A DNA stretch of 64,000 bases, from the NCBI RefSeq assembly GCF_964355755.1, contig NC_092676.1, positions 8,037,888 to 8,101,887 of the forward strand, in the 5' to 3' direction. Positions 32,401-47,400 of this stretch are shown piece by piece. The translations under genes were made by a program, and so were the position numbers. The notes beneath the pieces were generated by a model. The model saw only the letters and a program-made list of their open reading frames with translations, did no database searches and had not been told where the DNA came from. How positions within the stretch are numbered: position 1 is the stretch's first letter; every line of letters starts with the position of its first letter. The stretch is from Antedon mediterranea. Lineage: Eukaryota; Animalia; Echinodermata.

Positions 32401-35400
32401 TTACTATAGGACAGTTCAAACGAAGGACCATGTCTTCTCATTTGTTTTATTGAATCATGTTTAAACAGATTTATAAAATCATTGATCTCTAAATACCCAT
32501 TACCAGCAGTATCTAATAAGGATATGAATGACTCAAGGTTGTTGCTGTTTTATTTTAGGCTTCAAATAAACTGGTTCATTGGATTCTGCTCAGCTATTAC
32601 ATAACCACCATTATGATACATCCTTTCTGGTTCAAATTGCCACAACACAATGGAAGTATTTCCACCACTGCACATGATATCTTGATCTCCACAAACTCTT
32701 TTAGGCATTGCTTCAAACATACTTCCCACTTAATACAGTTGAACTGGCAACTGACAAAAATTTCTAAAACCAACATCTTATAATTTCTGTTGAATTCTAC
32801 TGTAAGCAATGCTAATATACCGAGTTGACATAAAGCTTCTAAGAAGCTTAATTGCAATTTGATCAACGTCTTCTTGGTTTGATATATTCACCACATGTCT
32901 GATAAATCTGTGTTTAACGATAATTCCTAGTGTCAAAAGTACAACAATACTTGGTAATACCATTATTAAACTCTGCATAAACATATTTTTTACTTCAATT
33001 ATTGAAAACAACATCCTACAAAAATGCAAAACAATGGGAATGGCAGTTATAAATACAAATTTGGATTTTTCAAAGCAACAACTCCTCGCCAAATTCTTCC
33101 AATATAAACTAATTTTGTACCAATATTGTAGATATTAAAACAGCTATATACAAGTATGGCATTATTAATATGCCCTTTGTAAATCATTGAGTTTTACCTG
33201 GTACAAAGTCTGACTGACTAGTAGATTACAACATACTTCCAGAATGTTCTATTCTATTTTGTTTCTATATGTTGCAAACACTACAGTCTTTTATCAAAAA
33301 TACCAGAATAAACAATTGGTACAAATTTTGTAAATAACACATTCTGAAAAAGATTTTGTTTATATATACTATAATACTTTTGCAATGAACTTTAGTGCTT
33401 TAATATTATCTCCATGCATCAAGGTAAATAAACTATCAGATTAATAATCTGACTGGAAAGAATTACTAACAACATACTAGCTACTGTAACAATGATTTGG
33501 ATCATCTCAAGTCTAAAACAACAAATCCTCATTATTACATGAGTAAGGATAAGCAAAATAAATAGCAATAAACCCTTTCACTGCGTATACCCAGTACTAG
33601 ACGAACCTTTTGCCCACCAAACAACACAAAAATAATTACAAAATTATTTCATTTATTTTTTTTGCAATTTATTAAAATCACATTTTTTTCTTAAATAAAT
33701 ATTACGCACATACAGTAGTACTGTCTACAGTATCAAACTTTATGTCACAAAAAATGTGATGTGCCCATATATTGACACAATATTTGGGCATATTATCACT
33801 ACGATATTTGGGAATTTTGTCAAACTAGTTTGATAGTGTAGACAGAGTTGAGACAGTATACTTTAATTCTCACAAGTTGGGAGATACTGTTTACAATATT
33901 GCTTTGTTTTTTAGTTTAGTTTCCACGATTCCAATTAATGACTGTGTAACTTTATCGTCAATAACGTCATTGATTCCTATTAAACAAAACTTCATTTCAT
34001 TTAAATTTGCAGATGCATGTTCAATGTTTCCATCCTCAAGAAATATTTTTGCTTTTATATAAAATATAAAAATTATTGGATTCATGCTAAACAGTGTACG
34101 AGAACTCTTAACAAGTTTACATACATCCTCGTCAATAGCCCAAGCAGTAGTGTCCAAATATATTGTACGATCTATTGATATTTTTCTAAGTTTATTCAAT
34201 AGATCTTTGTCTCTTTTTATTTCATCAAGTACTGGTTCAAACTTGGCCAGCATCTCCATCAATTTTTCCTGTTTACTCATTAAGTAATAATATTTAATCA
34301 CATTAATTTGGGTACCTACACAATTGTGGTCAGTCCATCCATCAGGGTACACAAGGTTTGATCCTAATGTATAATATTCTAATGGCTTTTGGCAATAATT
34401 AGCAAAATGTTCATAAGAGATAATGTGCTGAAATGCTGCCAACAACATTGTATATTCATCACCTAATGTACAATAAAAATGATGTTTAAAAACGCTCCTG
34501 TAGCCTTTTGGTACTAACTCATCAATACATGCTAACACTGATAAAAGTATATCATCTAGTTTGAGTTTTAGTGCTTCAATTGGATGAAATCCAAGATTCG
34601 ACATACATGCTAGTAGAATTAAATCAAATGCTGAAAAATGTAATGTAGTTAAACGATTTAATTGTTCTTCAACATAAACATCCTTTGTCTTCAGTAGCAA
34701 TTTGTCTATAGCATCAAGTGCAAATGGGTTCTTTAGTAAGGTACTTTCCATTCTTGTATAGTCTGTAAAACTATTGGTCTTTGGGAGGTTCAGTATCTGC
34801 AGACAAGTATCCACAAAGGATGTATCCATAACTGCTATACCAGACATAACTTTACACCAAAGATCTCTTTTAACTGCCTTCAATAGAACTATCACATCTT
34901 CACAGCGATCTTTTGGTAAATGTCCAATTAAGTTTTGTTGAGGAATAAAATAATGAGGAATGTACTTATGTTGGTAGCAATATATTAGCCAATCAAGCGT
35001 CTTCCTGATCAAGTACATAGTGCTATGACCTTTAGAAGAAATCATCTCACACATCCAGAAGCAAGCAGTCTTGATGAAGTAAGAACAGAATGGTGTTGGT
35101 GTATCAGATTCACTGTATAAATCAAGATGCCTGTTCTTTATTGCTTTAAGAGCACACATGCACATGGCATATGGTTCACAAAGTTCAAAACAAAGTTCTC
35201 TTTCAGCTAGAGAAAATGACAATCTCCATTCAATTTCTTTTGACGAGCTATTTGGATGACCAACACCCACGACCAGAATATTAAGATCAGAAATCTTTCT
35301 TAATAACTCACTTGATGGCCAGTTATTTAGTCTTTTTCTTGTGAAAAATTCTTCAGAAAACAACGGCCATGACTGGCATTTCAAACAGCATGTCACATCT

Positions 35401-38400
35401 TGCGTATAGGTATCATTATAGGATACTTCCATTGAAGGTCCATGTCTTCTAGGTGTAGTAGAGGCATTAACTGGATTGAATCTGCCAGCCTTTATAATCT
35501 CATTGGTCACTATATACCCCTCATCATCAACAATATTGATTAAGGACGCATGCAAAGGTATGTTACTGTTTACTTTAAGCTTTAAATAAACTGGTTCATT
35601 TGGATTCAGCTCAGCTATTACATAACCACCTTCATGATGCATCCTTTCTGGTTCAAACTGCCACAGCACAATTGGAGTATTGTTAGAAATTAACATTATA
35701 TCTTGATCTCCACAAAATGTTGCCGGCATTGCTTCAAATCTACTCCCTACATTATACTGTTGATGTGGCAGCCATGATAACTGTTGTCTGAAAGCAACAT
35801 CCAATATTTTCTGTTCTATTCGATTGTAAGCAACGTCAAGAAATTGAGAAGCCATTGTCCGGTTAAGAAGCTCATTCGCAACTTCATCTACATTGTCTTG
35901 GTTATATTTATCAACACATTTCAAGTTTAAGAGACATTCTATTATCCAAGGTCCAATAAATAGTACATATACACCTGTAGTTGTTTCCAATAATGTTTTG
36001 CATAGGTAGAATAGAAGTATATCAACAGTAACCTTAAACAGTGCATAAGCATACTTGTTTTGAAGAATTCTACAAACAGCAGAAACTGCTTCAATTATAG
36101 TAAACATATTCACAAAGGCAATACAAAGGGAAGATAATAATAATAATATTTATTCGGCAAAAGTTCATAAAGTACATTTTACAATTCATCTTGCCAGGAG
36201 CAAGTAATAGGCATGAGCCCAAACAGAAAACTGCTCTTACTCCATCATTACTTATAAAATACAATAACAAAACTAAGTAGCACAAATTAAGTCAAAATAA
36301 AACAAAGCAAAGTTATAATGAGATACACCAATTAAAAATAAGCTGCATTGAATAAACAATATAAACAATTACAACTTAATATTTTGAGATCAAATGTTTG
36401 ATGAGTTGGGCTTTAAAGTCTGAAATTGTAGCACATTGTTTAATTTCATTGGGAAGTTGCTCCCATAATCTAGGGAAAATGATAAATTTAAAAATGTATT
36501 GGTCTTTGCCTTCCAATGTATTAACCGCCCTTCACACCTCTCACTTGATCTCACAAACTCATTAAAGGATGATGGACAGAGGCCATGCATTATTTTAAAA
36601 CCTAATGTGAGTCTATACACTTTAAACATATCTTCAATACTTAAAATATTTAGGGTCTTTAACCTATATAAATATGAAGTGTCCCAATTTCCTTCTTTTC
36701 TGTACATAATTATTCTAGTGGCCTTTCTCTGAACCCTTTCAAGTCTATACATATGAGATATTTCAGTAGGTGCCCACATACAACAACAGTAAGTCACAAC
36801 AGGTAGTATTAGTGCTTTGTAAAGATTTAGCATTGCCATCCAAGACATTGCTTTACTACATCTTGAAACAAAACCAAGAAGTTTGCTTGCCTTACTACAA
36901 ACAAAATCTACATGAGAGTGGCATGTTAATTTACTGTTGATATATACACCAAGTAGTTTGAATTCATGGACTCTTTCCGTTGAATCGGAATTGATATCGT
37001 AAGCAAATATGATGGGATCTTTACACCTGGATAAACTAATTGCTGCACATTTTGATGCATTTAATGGTAGTTTATTTAAAACTGACCATTCATAAATCTT
37101 ATTTAAATCACTCTGTAACTTTATACAGTCTTCTAATTCATGAATAGGTCTTGAAATGGTATTGTCATCTGCAAATTGAAAAATTGAAGATTCTATACCA
37201 TATTCAAGATCACTCACATACAATAGAAACAAAAGAGGGCCAAGAACTGACCCCTGGGGTACCCCTGATAAGATAAATGTTAATATGAATTTTTCACAAT
37301 CTAAATGTATTTGGCACAACTTCCAAAATGCTAGTTTGTTTTATAGACAGGTATAATATGGATGGAACTGTGGATTTTACAATACAACTTTATAATTTCC
37401 TGTTAACCTCATTGCTAACTCTTTTGAAATCAATGATGCATGGAATTCATTGTATATGAATACAGGTAGTAGTACACTGGTATCCTAGTACACTAGTGTT
37501 GTTTGGCTATAAAAAGTCCAGTCCGACCCCTAGAGTATTTAAGATATTTAAATAAATGTGTTTTTTCCAGAAGTCTGTTTATTAAAATACAGACTTCTAG
37601 AGAAAAAAATGTGTTTTTTTTTAAAATTTTATATGATTTGATTGTATTTTATGTATCAAACAGACTTTTACTTTTAATTAATCTATTAAAGAGAAAAATA
37701 TTAACACACATTTTTCACATCTTTTGTTTAATTCTCAAAAATTAGAAAAAAAATACAGTATTTGTCATTTGTCTATAAATTGAAAAGTAATTAAACACTG
37801 ATTTCAATTTGAATAATAATCTACATTTAATAATTGAGCTATCACCAATGAAAATTATCACATTTCTATTAAAAGTAAAATATTCATTATAGGATAAGCA
37901 GAATATAACAAGACTGAAAATGGAGATGAGAGAAAGTAAATGAATAATTTTTACATTGATTACCACATTGATATTCCCTTTTAAAATCATTGATGCTTGA
38001 AATACTGAAAACATCTCCACCCTTAATTGTATGTAATCACTGATACATATAATTTGTTTAATACACTGAAATGGTATCATAACAATGTGTTATCTTTGCA
38101 AACAACTAGACACTAAAACCTCTAAAATGGGCCAAGTTGCTCACCATTTTTGGTTACACGTCATAAACCAGTTTAAACTGTTTTGACCAGTAAAAAATGA
38201 TAATATTTATTAAATTATTTTGATGTACAGTTTATGTACCATTTTTTCATCAAATGGTTTCTAACTGTCTAGTTAGTTGCTCACATAATTGAGAAAACCT
38301 GTGTCGGTCTGTGCATAACTGCATTCCGTTAAACTAGCAATTTAAAACTTGCTAGTTTAACGGAATGCAGTTATGCGACGAAAATTGGTCTCAGACTCTT

Positions 38401-41400
38401 GATCCTGTGATCAGGAGTCCAATGCCTAACACACTGCGCCACAACTTATTAGATTAGGTTTGAGACAATATTATGGCTTTGTCTAATTTAATTTACTTTC
38501 TACAATTTCAATCAATGACTGTGTCACTTCTTGTTCAAGCATCACATCAACACACATATCTAAACAAAATTTCATGTCATCTACATTTGCAAATCTCCTA
38601 TCAATGTTTTCATTCTCAAGCAAAATTTTGGCTTTTATATAACATACAAAAAATATTGGGTTTATCCAAAATTCATTATGTAAGTTGAGAAGTTCAGATA
38701 TATCCTCATCAATAGACCAACCAGTAGCATCAGAGAATGCTTTTGCAACCCATATTTTTCTCAACCTACATAACATATCCGCGTCTCTTTTTATTTCATC
38801 AAGTACTGGTTCAAAATTTGCCAGCATCTCTTTCACTTTTTCATGTTTACCCATTAAGTAATAATATTTAATCCTATTAATTTGTTCACCTATGCATCTG
38901 TGGTCAGTCCAACCATCAGGGTACACAAGATTTGATCCTGATATATAATAAGCTAATGGCTTATGGAGGTGATTATCAAGATTATGACAGGCATTAGGCT
39001 GTAATGCTGCCAACAACACTGTATATTCATCCCCTAACATACAATACAAATGATGATTAAAAATGATGCTGTAGCCTTTTGGCACTAACTCATCAATACA
39101 TGATGAGATTGAAAACAATATGTCATCTAGTGTCTGTGTTTCTAATGAAAGAAATTCATTCAAAAAATAATAATTATGGAATTCAGCCAATTTCAAGATT
39201 GAAAAATGTAAAGTTAAAACTGTATTTGCTTTCTTATTTATGTAATAAGTTGCTTTGACCGCCATTTTTTTAATATCCCCAAGTGCAAATGGGTTGTGTA
39301 GCAATTTAGACTCAACTCTTGTAAAATCACTACTATTGGTCATTGAGATGTCCTTTTCCAGGAAAGTACTCATAAAGGGATCATTATCAATAGCAATACT
39401 TGATATAACTCTACACCAAATATCTTCTTTAACTTTCTTTAAAAAGACTATCACATCTTCACAACGTTCCTTTGATAAATGTCCAATTAAATTTTGTTGC
39501 AGAATGAAATAATGAGAAAGGTGTTTTTGTTGAAAGCAATCTATCAGCCAATCAAGCGTCTTCCTTATCAAGTCCATAGCGCTATGACCTTTCGAAGGAA
39601 CTGTCTCACACATCCAGAAGCAAGCTGTCTTGATAAAGTAAGAACAGAATGGTGTTGGTCGATCAGATTCACTATACAAGTCAAGATGCCTTTTTCTTAT
39701 TGCTCTAAGGGCACATATGCACATTAAATATGGTTTACTAAGTTAAAAACAGAGTTCTTTTTCTGCTACAGAAAATGACAATCTCCATTCAATTTCTTTT
39801 GATGCGGTGCGTGAGTGTCCAACTCCAACAACCAGAAGATCAAGATCAGAAATCTTTTTTAATACCCCACTTGATGGCCAATTATATTGTCTTTTTCTTT
39901 TAAAAAATTCTTGAGAAAACCAGGGCCATGACTGACATTCCAAACTGAATGTATAATCTTGAGGTTTGGAATTACTACACAATACTTTCATTGAAGGACC
40001 ATGTCTTCGAAAAGAAGAAGAAGGATCAAATCCAGTAAGTTTGGTAGCCTCTATGAAATCATTGTTCACTACATATCCATCCTTAACAGTATTTATCAAA
40101 GATTTATGTAAAGGTCTGTTGCTACTTACTATAAGCTTCAAATAAACTGGTTCTTTTAGATTCTGCTCAGCTATTACATAACCACCTTTATGATACATCC
40201 TTTCTAGTTCAAATGGCCACAATACAACTGGAGAGCGAGTATAATTACACATAAAATCTATATCTGCACAAACTTCTGCAGGCATTGATTCAAAGTAACT
40301 TCCTACTAAATATACATGACGTGATATCCAAGGTAATTGTTGATAAACAGCATCAAATTGTTTCTGTTTAAGTCTATTTCTAGCAATGTCAAGGTGTTGA
40401 GTTGACATTACGTATTCAAGTAACATATTTGCAACTTTATCTACACATTTTCTAACTGATTTATTATCCTCATGTCTCATAAATATAAATTCTATTGCCA
40501 AAAGTACAATCCATATTATAGCTTCCCATAATGAGTTACATTGATAATAGAGGATATAAACAGCAATCTTAAACCTCAATGGTTGAATATGATAATTAAT
40601 TCTCCAATAATTTAAGAAACAGTCTATTAAAATAATTTCAATACATAGTAAAGACTCCGAAAACGGTTGATAGATGAGAACTAAAAGTGCAATCATACAC
40701 TGTGTTTGGTAAAATTTTGGCTCTCTGTTTAAGATAAGTAGAATTGACAAGATGATCCATTCAAATACTATAGTTTCCAATGGGTCACGTCGGTAATAGT
40801 TAAATATAAAAACAGCAATCGAAATGCTTATTGGGCCAATATCAAAATTACTTTTCCATTTAGGTATGATAAATTCTATTGCCCAAGCTCCGATCCATAG
40901 TACATACACACCAAAAGTTGTTTCTAATAACATTTTACAAAGCCAGAAGCTAAATGTATTAATTACAGCAATCTGAAACACTTGATACGGATCCTGACGT
41001 TGAACCATTCTTCCAATAGCAGAAAAACCAAAGATCATTAATAATCTTAATAACTCCATAATCAAAATGACAAAATGAATACCAATTATCATTAGAAAAT
41101 TTAGTTTTCGTGATAATCATGACCGGTTTTACCACTTCTTAAATTCTTGTTTGTTTACAGCAATTACCCTAGAGACATTGATTATGGAACTATGTTGGAT
41201 TTTCCATTGCAGATACTGTATAGATATACATATTGATTCATTGATGACTTCTTTAAAATCATTAATGATGCTTGGCATTCTTTGTTATGGAAACACCACA
41301 CGTTGTTGTTTGAATAAAGTCAGAATAAAAGACATATTATATTTCAAAACCCTTTTCCAAAATGTACTATTTTTCTGTGTCGTTTATTTATTTTCTTTGA

Positions 41401-44400
41401 GTTTTATAAAAATCTGTACTGTGTTTTTTTTATATTATTAATATAACAAGCAACATGAACATGTTTCATTTAATCTACACTATAATTTAAGACATGGATA
41501 ATGTATGTTGTAACCACAAATGAATGCTATACAGAATGTGTTTCTAACAAGTCATGTAGTACATCACTCAATCAGTCAGAACTTTGTACGACATGATAGT
41601 GTGCTGACTGACTAATGCGTGATTGAAAAACAAACCTGTAGTGTGTGCTGTCTGCTGCGCTACTCCAAAATCTGACACATTCAATTCAAGAAGATTGAAG
41701 CAGGCAATTAATAAAAAAAATTTACTTTATAATAGTACAGTAGTTACAAATAATGAATATTTATGAGTTGAATGGGCAGAATAATTTCATGGGACAGTCA
41801 GGCTAACAATACACTTCCATTCCATACAGGTATCTATCTACAAATTGTAAATTATTAAGAATGCGATATTATCATTATATGAAAATAGTACTATTTGTAA
41901 TGGTTTTAAACATGGAAATATAGTTGGTAAAAATTAATAAAGTAGCATACAGTAACATGTAGAAACATTTTTTTTTAAATGATACGACAAATTTAAGAAA
42001 GTACTTTGGAAACTTAGCTGCACAAATGTGACAAGCCCATGTCCGACTAAAACTAAAAAACTAAAAAAGATGTTCTACATGTTCTGCAAACATTTTATTT
42101 CGCGTCCTAAAATCCAGTTTAGCTGGATCAACATAACAAAATAGTCTACCGCCTCAGCCCACCATGGTGAGGATGAGGTAAGAAAAATTTTAAGAATATG
42201 GACCTGTAGATTTGGAAGGTAAACTTGCGCGCTGATGATCCACCGAAATACAGCACAGTTCAGGGTTTCGCACGTCACCGTAATTTTAGCCCCACATCAA
42301 TTGTGTTTGGTAAGTTTACGATCATTTTCAGCAAGATTAGGCCTAACTCATAACAATAGGCTAACATCAAACACCATTCATCATCTCAACATTTCAGTCT
42401 TTGTTGTAAGCTGTGGTGCTCAAGCTAATTCGCGCTATGTTATAAACTTCATTTGAAATTTTGGAACCGACAGTACAAAAGTATATATATATTTATGTAT
42501 ATAAACAAATCAGGCAAAGAACATTAATTCTAAACCGCCCAGTGATATACTGAAATTTAATAAATTAATTTTAAACGATAAAGATGAGGAAATCTGTGAG
42601 AATGAGAAAAAGTCTCCCCAACCGAGACTTGAACTCGGACCGCCTGCTTGATATGCAGATGTCCTAACCATTACACCACTGGGGCTTTCATGGTATTGTT
42701 CAAACTCAATTCAGGGATGTCACCACGCTGGTCGGCCCCGACCAGCACTCAACATTTCCGACCAGGATTTACAGGCTGCCGACCACCACTATTATTTATT
42801 AATCATTACGATATTTATATTAGGCCTAGGCCGAACTAAAATTTGTACTAAAACATTTTACCTAGCACATCGTTAATAACAGACAAGCTAGCCTCATATA
42901 GATAAAGACAAAAGACTACAGCAAATGTTTCCGTGGTTACGTACGTTACTTTATTTGTAACACAATACCAGGCCTACCCAGCCCTGGTATTCATTGTTAC
43001 AGCTTGTGAGTCATGGCGAACAACGTGCTACACAGCACAGTGTACAACTACAAGTTTAAAGTTCACATAGCGACCATTCAAGCGTTTTATTTTGCACAGA
43101 TTAAAAATACAAACAAGTACGCAGTAATTAAAAATGTACAACTACATAGACCCAAACAAAATCATTTTTAATTGCTGAATGTTTTGTCACCCTGCTTTAA
43201 TTATATTATGTTACTAGTTTTACATTTTTGTACTCTACGAACTATTAAAAAAAATTTAAAAACATGCGCATGGTTCAGTGAGACCGGGCAAGTTCGTTCG
43301 TTTATGATCGCCGAGCATGCTACAATAATTACACGTCCCTGGGATAACTTCAGGTTGCTGAACTTCAGTTAACCCATAAACACGTGTCTGTTCTTGCCGG
43401 CCATGCACTACATGCTTGCCGCACAGTTGTGAAACGAAAAATCCGGAATTCGCGAATACGCTAAAAAACTCTCGCGCAAAAGAACACGAACATTATATCG
43501 AGCAACAAGTAGTAAGGTCTAGGCTAATAATTTATCTACAGTATTTGATTAGGGATTAGGCCTAAATAAGGAAGCGCCTGTTTTTGTGGAATTCAGATTT
43601 TGGGGCATCTATCTAATAAGCCTTGGCTAGGGCCTAAGCCTGACGCGATCTATTGCTATTCATTTCGTAAGCGTTTTTTTGTTTTCGCGAATAATAACGG
43701 CGACTCCCCGGTGGTACAAGGTTAGGCCTAGACCTGACGCAATTTGTTGTTATTTATTTTCATAATTCTTTATATGTTTCGCTAAAATAACAACAACCCC
43801 CGGGGGGGGGGGGAAGATACCCCGGGGTCTCCTCCCATTGTCATTTGTCTATAAATTGAAAAGTAATTTAAAACACTGATTTTAATTTGAATAATAATCT
43901 ACATTTTAATAATTGAGCTATCACCAATGAAAATTATCACATTTCTATTAAAATTAAAATATTCATTATAGGATAAGCAGAATATAACAAGACTGAAAAT
44001 GGAGATTAGAGAAAGTAAATGAATAATATTTTTATTAACTAACTAAAGCTCTCTCTAGCCTCACTACATTTTCAGCCTCACTACGCGGTGACAGTTCAAA
44101 TTTCCCGCAGGACAGTTGTTGTGTTAGGGCACTCCTGTAGCCTAGCATTTATTTGCCGGTGTTTTTCTGCTGTATATGTACGTATTAATACACCATCATG
44201 GCCGGAAAGAATACAAGGAAAGGTGGTAAAAAGGACAGCGGTAAGGAGTGTTGCGAACTGAACACTGATACAGCACCTATCATTGATGTGGAACCGCTTA
44301 CTATTACTGTACAAAATGAAATCTCCAATATAATTAAAGGAAATACGAGTATTTTCAATGACCTAGCCGAGAAAATTGCGAGCATTGTTAAACACCAGCT

Positions 44401-47400
44401 GATTGAAAGCATTACACAAATTGTAACAGATGCAGCAATTGAAGCAATACGTTTCGAACTTGACGATACTAAAGATCGTCTCAGCAAAGTAGAACAACAG
44501 GTAGAGAACTTACAAAATGAGCTTGATGAAGCAGAACAATATTCAAGAAGGAACTGTTTGATTATTCAAGGAATAGAAGAGAAACAAGGTGAGATAACAG
44601 ACAATATTGTTTTGGATTTGTTTAAGAAAAAGCTAAGCGTAGAAGTAGATAAAACATGCATAGAAAGGAGTCATAGATTGGGGCCAAAAGTTAAGAAAAA
44701 CGGAAGAGCAAGAGGAATAATAGTAAAGTTTAGTTCGTATAATGTTAGAAATGAAGTATATAGAGCAAAGAAAAAATTAAAGGGGAGCCATATCTACATT
44801 CATGAAAACCTTACGAGCAAAAGATCAAGTTTACTACGTACTGTAAAGCAAAACTATGCATCAGTGGTATCTGCAGTTTGGACACAAGATGGTCGCATAC
44901 ATACCATAATCACTGGCAGTAACGAGAAAGTTGTTTTATCCAGAACTTCCGATCTTAAACAATTACCTAAATGTAAAAGGTAATGTGTAAGAGTATTTTA
45001 AATGTCCTAAATTTGTATTGTATTTTATGTAGATAAGATGATTTTAGATTTTATTTGTAACGCATGTAATAAACCATTTCAACCAATTCAATTGTTAAAC
45101 GAACATAGTACGGGAAGCCTTTTAGACAACGACGTAGACGACGCTGAATTACGTAACGACTCTATTGTTTATCCTGCTTTTGGCATACTATGCAAATTAT
45201 GCGAGATTAATTGTACAAAGGGTTTTAAAATTGGTCATTTAAATGTCAGAAGTCTCTATAATAAGGTGGACCATGTTCAGAGTTTACTTTCGGAATGCCG
45301 TTTCCATGTTTTAGGAATTAGTGAAACCTGGCTAGATCAAAACATACATAATAGTGAACTTGCAATCCCAGGATACCTATTAGTTAGAACAGACAGAAAT
45401 AGACACAGAGGTGGGGTGGCTATCTATGTAAATGAAAATGTTGATTTTGATGTCATTGATTTTGGTGAAAATACAATTGAATCGGTATGGATAAAAATTA
45501 AGCCGGTTAACACTAAACCGTTCGTTATAGGTAATGTTTATAGACCACCAAATTCGTGTACTGGATTTGTTGATATAATGCATGATCAAATATCTTTTAT
45601 CCTAGATAGTATAAGAGAGATTATTTTTGTTGGTGACTTAAATTGGAATATATTTGATAAACAGCATTCTCGGAACATTAAAACCCTCCACCAAATTTTC
45701 CAATTAAACCAGTATATTAAAACTCCAACGCGCGTAATGGAAAACAGTAGTAGTTGTATTGATTTAATTTTTTCAAATAGGGATGACTTTATAACCAAAA
45801 CTGGAGTTGTACCAATTGGAATTAGCGATCACTCATTGATATATGCAATACGTAAAAAAATTAATATAAAATTGCCCCCGCGTATTTTACATACGAGAAC
45901 CTTCCGGAAATTTAACGAAGAGTTGTTTATTTCTGATCTTGCATCTGCTCCGTGGAGTATTTGTGAGGCGTCCGAGGACGCTAACGAGGCTTGGGACATT
46001 TGGAAACACATTTTTACTGATATTTGTGATATTCATGCTCCTATGGTGACGGTCAGGAGGAACGGAACAGATATTCCATGGCTTACAGACGAATTTGTTT
46101 CCCTTTCTCGTGACCGTGATTATTTAAAACAAAAAGCCGAAAAAACTAAGAACATAGATGATTGGAATTCTTACAAAAAGGCAAGAAATAAATAAAATAA
46201 TTTGTCTAAATCACTAAAACGCGACTATAAATATAAAAAATAAATTAAAGGATAATGTTAACACGTTCACTGCCACGGCGTATTTATACGTCAAAAATTG
46301 CGTGTCGCTACTTGCCAAGACGTAATACTACGTCAAAATCGTAGCACTTTTGTATTGTATGTAGAATCGCTGGCAGTGGTGATTGGAACAGGAATTATCG
46401 CATGGCAGTTTATGAATGATGTACGTAAACGATAATCTAAAAATAAATGTCATATGTTTGTTTGTGTTTATTCCCTCATGCATTGAATATGGTTGATACG
46501 ATGGCGCCCTCACACTCAATAAACGGGACTTGGCACTGGGACAGAAATTACGGAAAATGCCTTGGCAGTCAATGTGTTAATGACACTAAAACATTATGGA
46601 AAACCATGAAAGACTTTTTACCCAATAAAAAGAAACAAACTAAAACAACCCTCAATGTAAACGGTAATGAAATAAACAATCCAACTGATATTGCTAATCA
46701 TTTTAATACATATTTTTGTTCAATTTCTAATGAACTTGCATCACATTTTAATGACAACCAAAACGATATTACCGTTAAATCGTTATCACAATTTCAACAA
46801 CGTTTCAACTTTAAAGATATTAATGGAAATGAAATTGAAGCTTTGTTGGAAAAGTTAGAAATTGGAAAAGCTACTGGAATTGATGGGATTTCCGCTAGGT
46901 TACTTAAAATTGCATCTTCACAAATTTCTCAAAGTCTTGCCTTTTTGTTTAACTGGTCATTAAGATCTGGTGTTATTCCAAGTGAATGGAAATGTGCTAA
47001 GGTTACTCCGCTTCATAAAGGAGGATGTAAACATGAACTTAACAACTACCGTCCAATATCTGTTATACCTATTGTTATGAAAGTTTTTGAAAGATGCATC
47101 CATAATCAAGTTATGAATCATATAAATGAGTTTAATTTATTATGTAAAAATCAATCTGGTTTTAGGTCGTTACATTCAACTTCTACTACACTGATAGATG
47201 TATGCAATTATATATATAAAAATATTGATAATGGCTTGGTAACTGGAGCAATTTTTCTTGATCTAAAAAAGGCGTTTGATACAGTAGACCACGGTATTTT
47301 ATTACGTAAATTATGCACCTTCGGAATGATAAACACTGAGCTTGCATGGTTCAGTAATTATTTAAAAAATCAAACAATTTGTTAATTTTAATGGGAAAAA

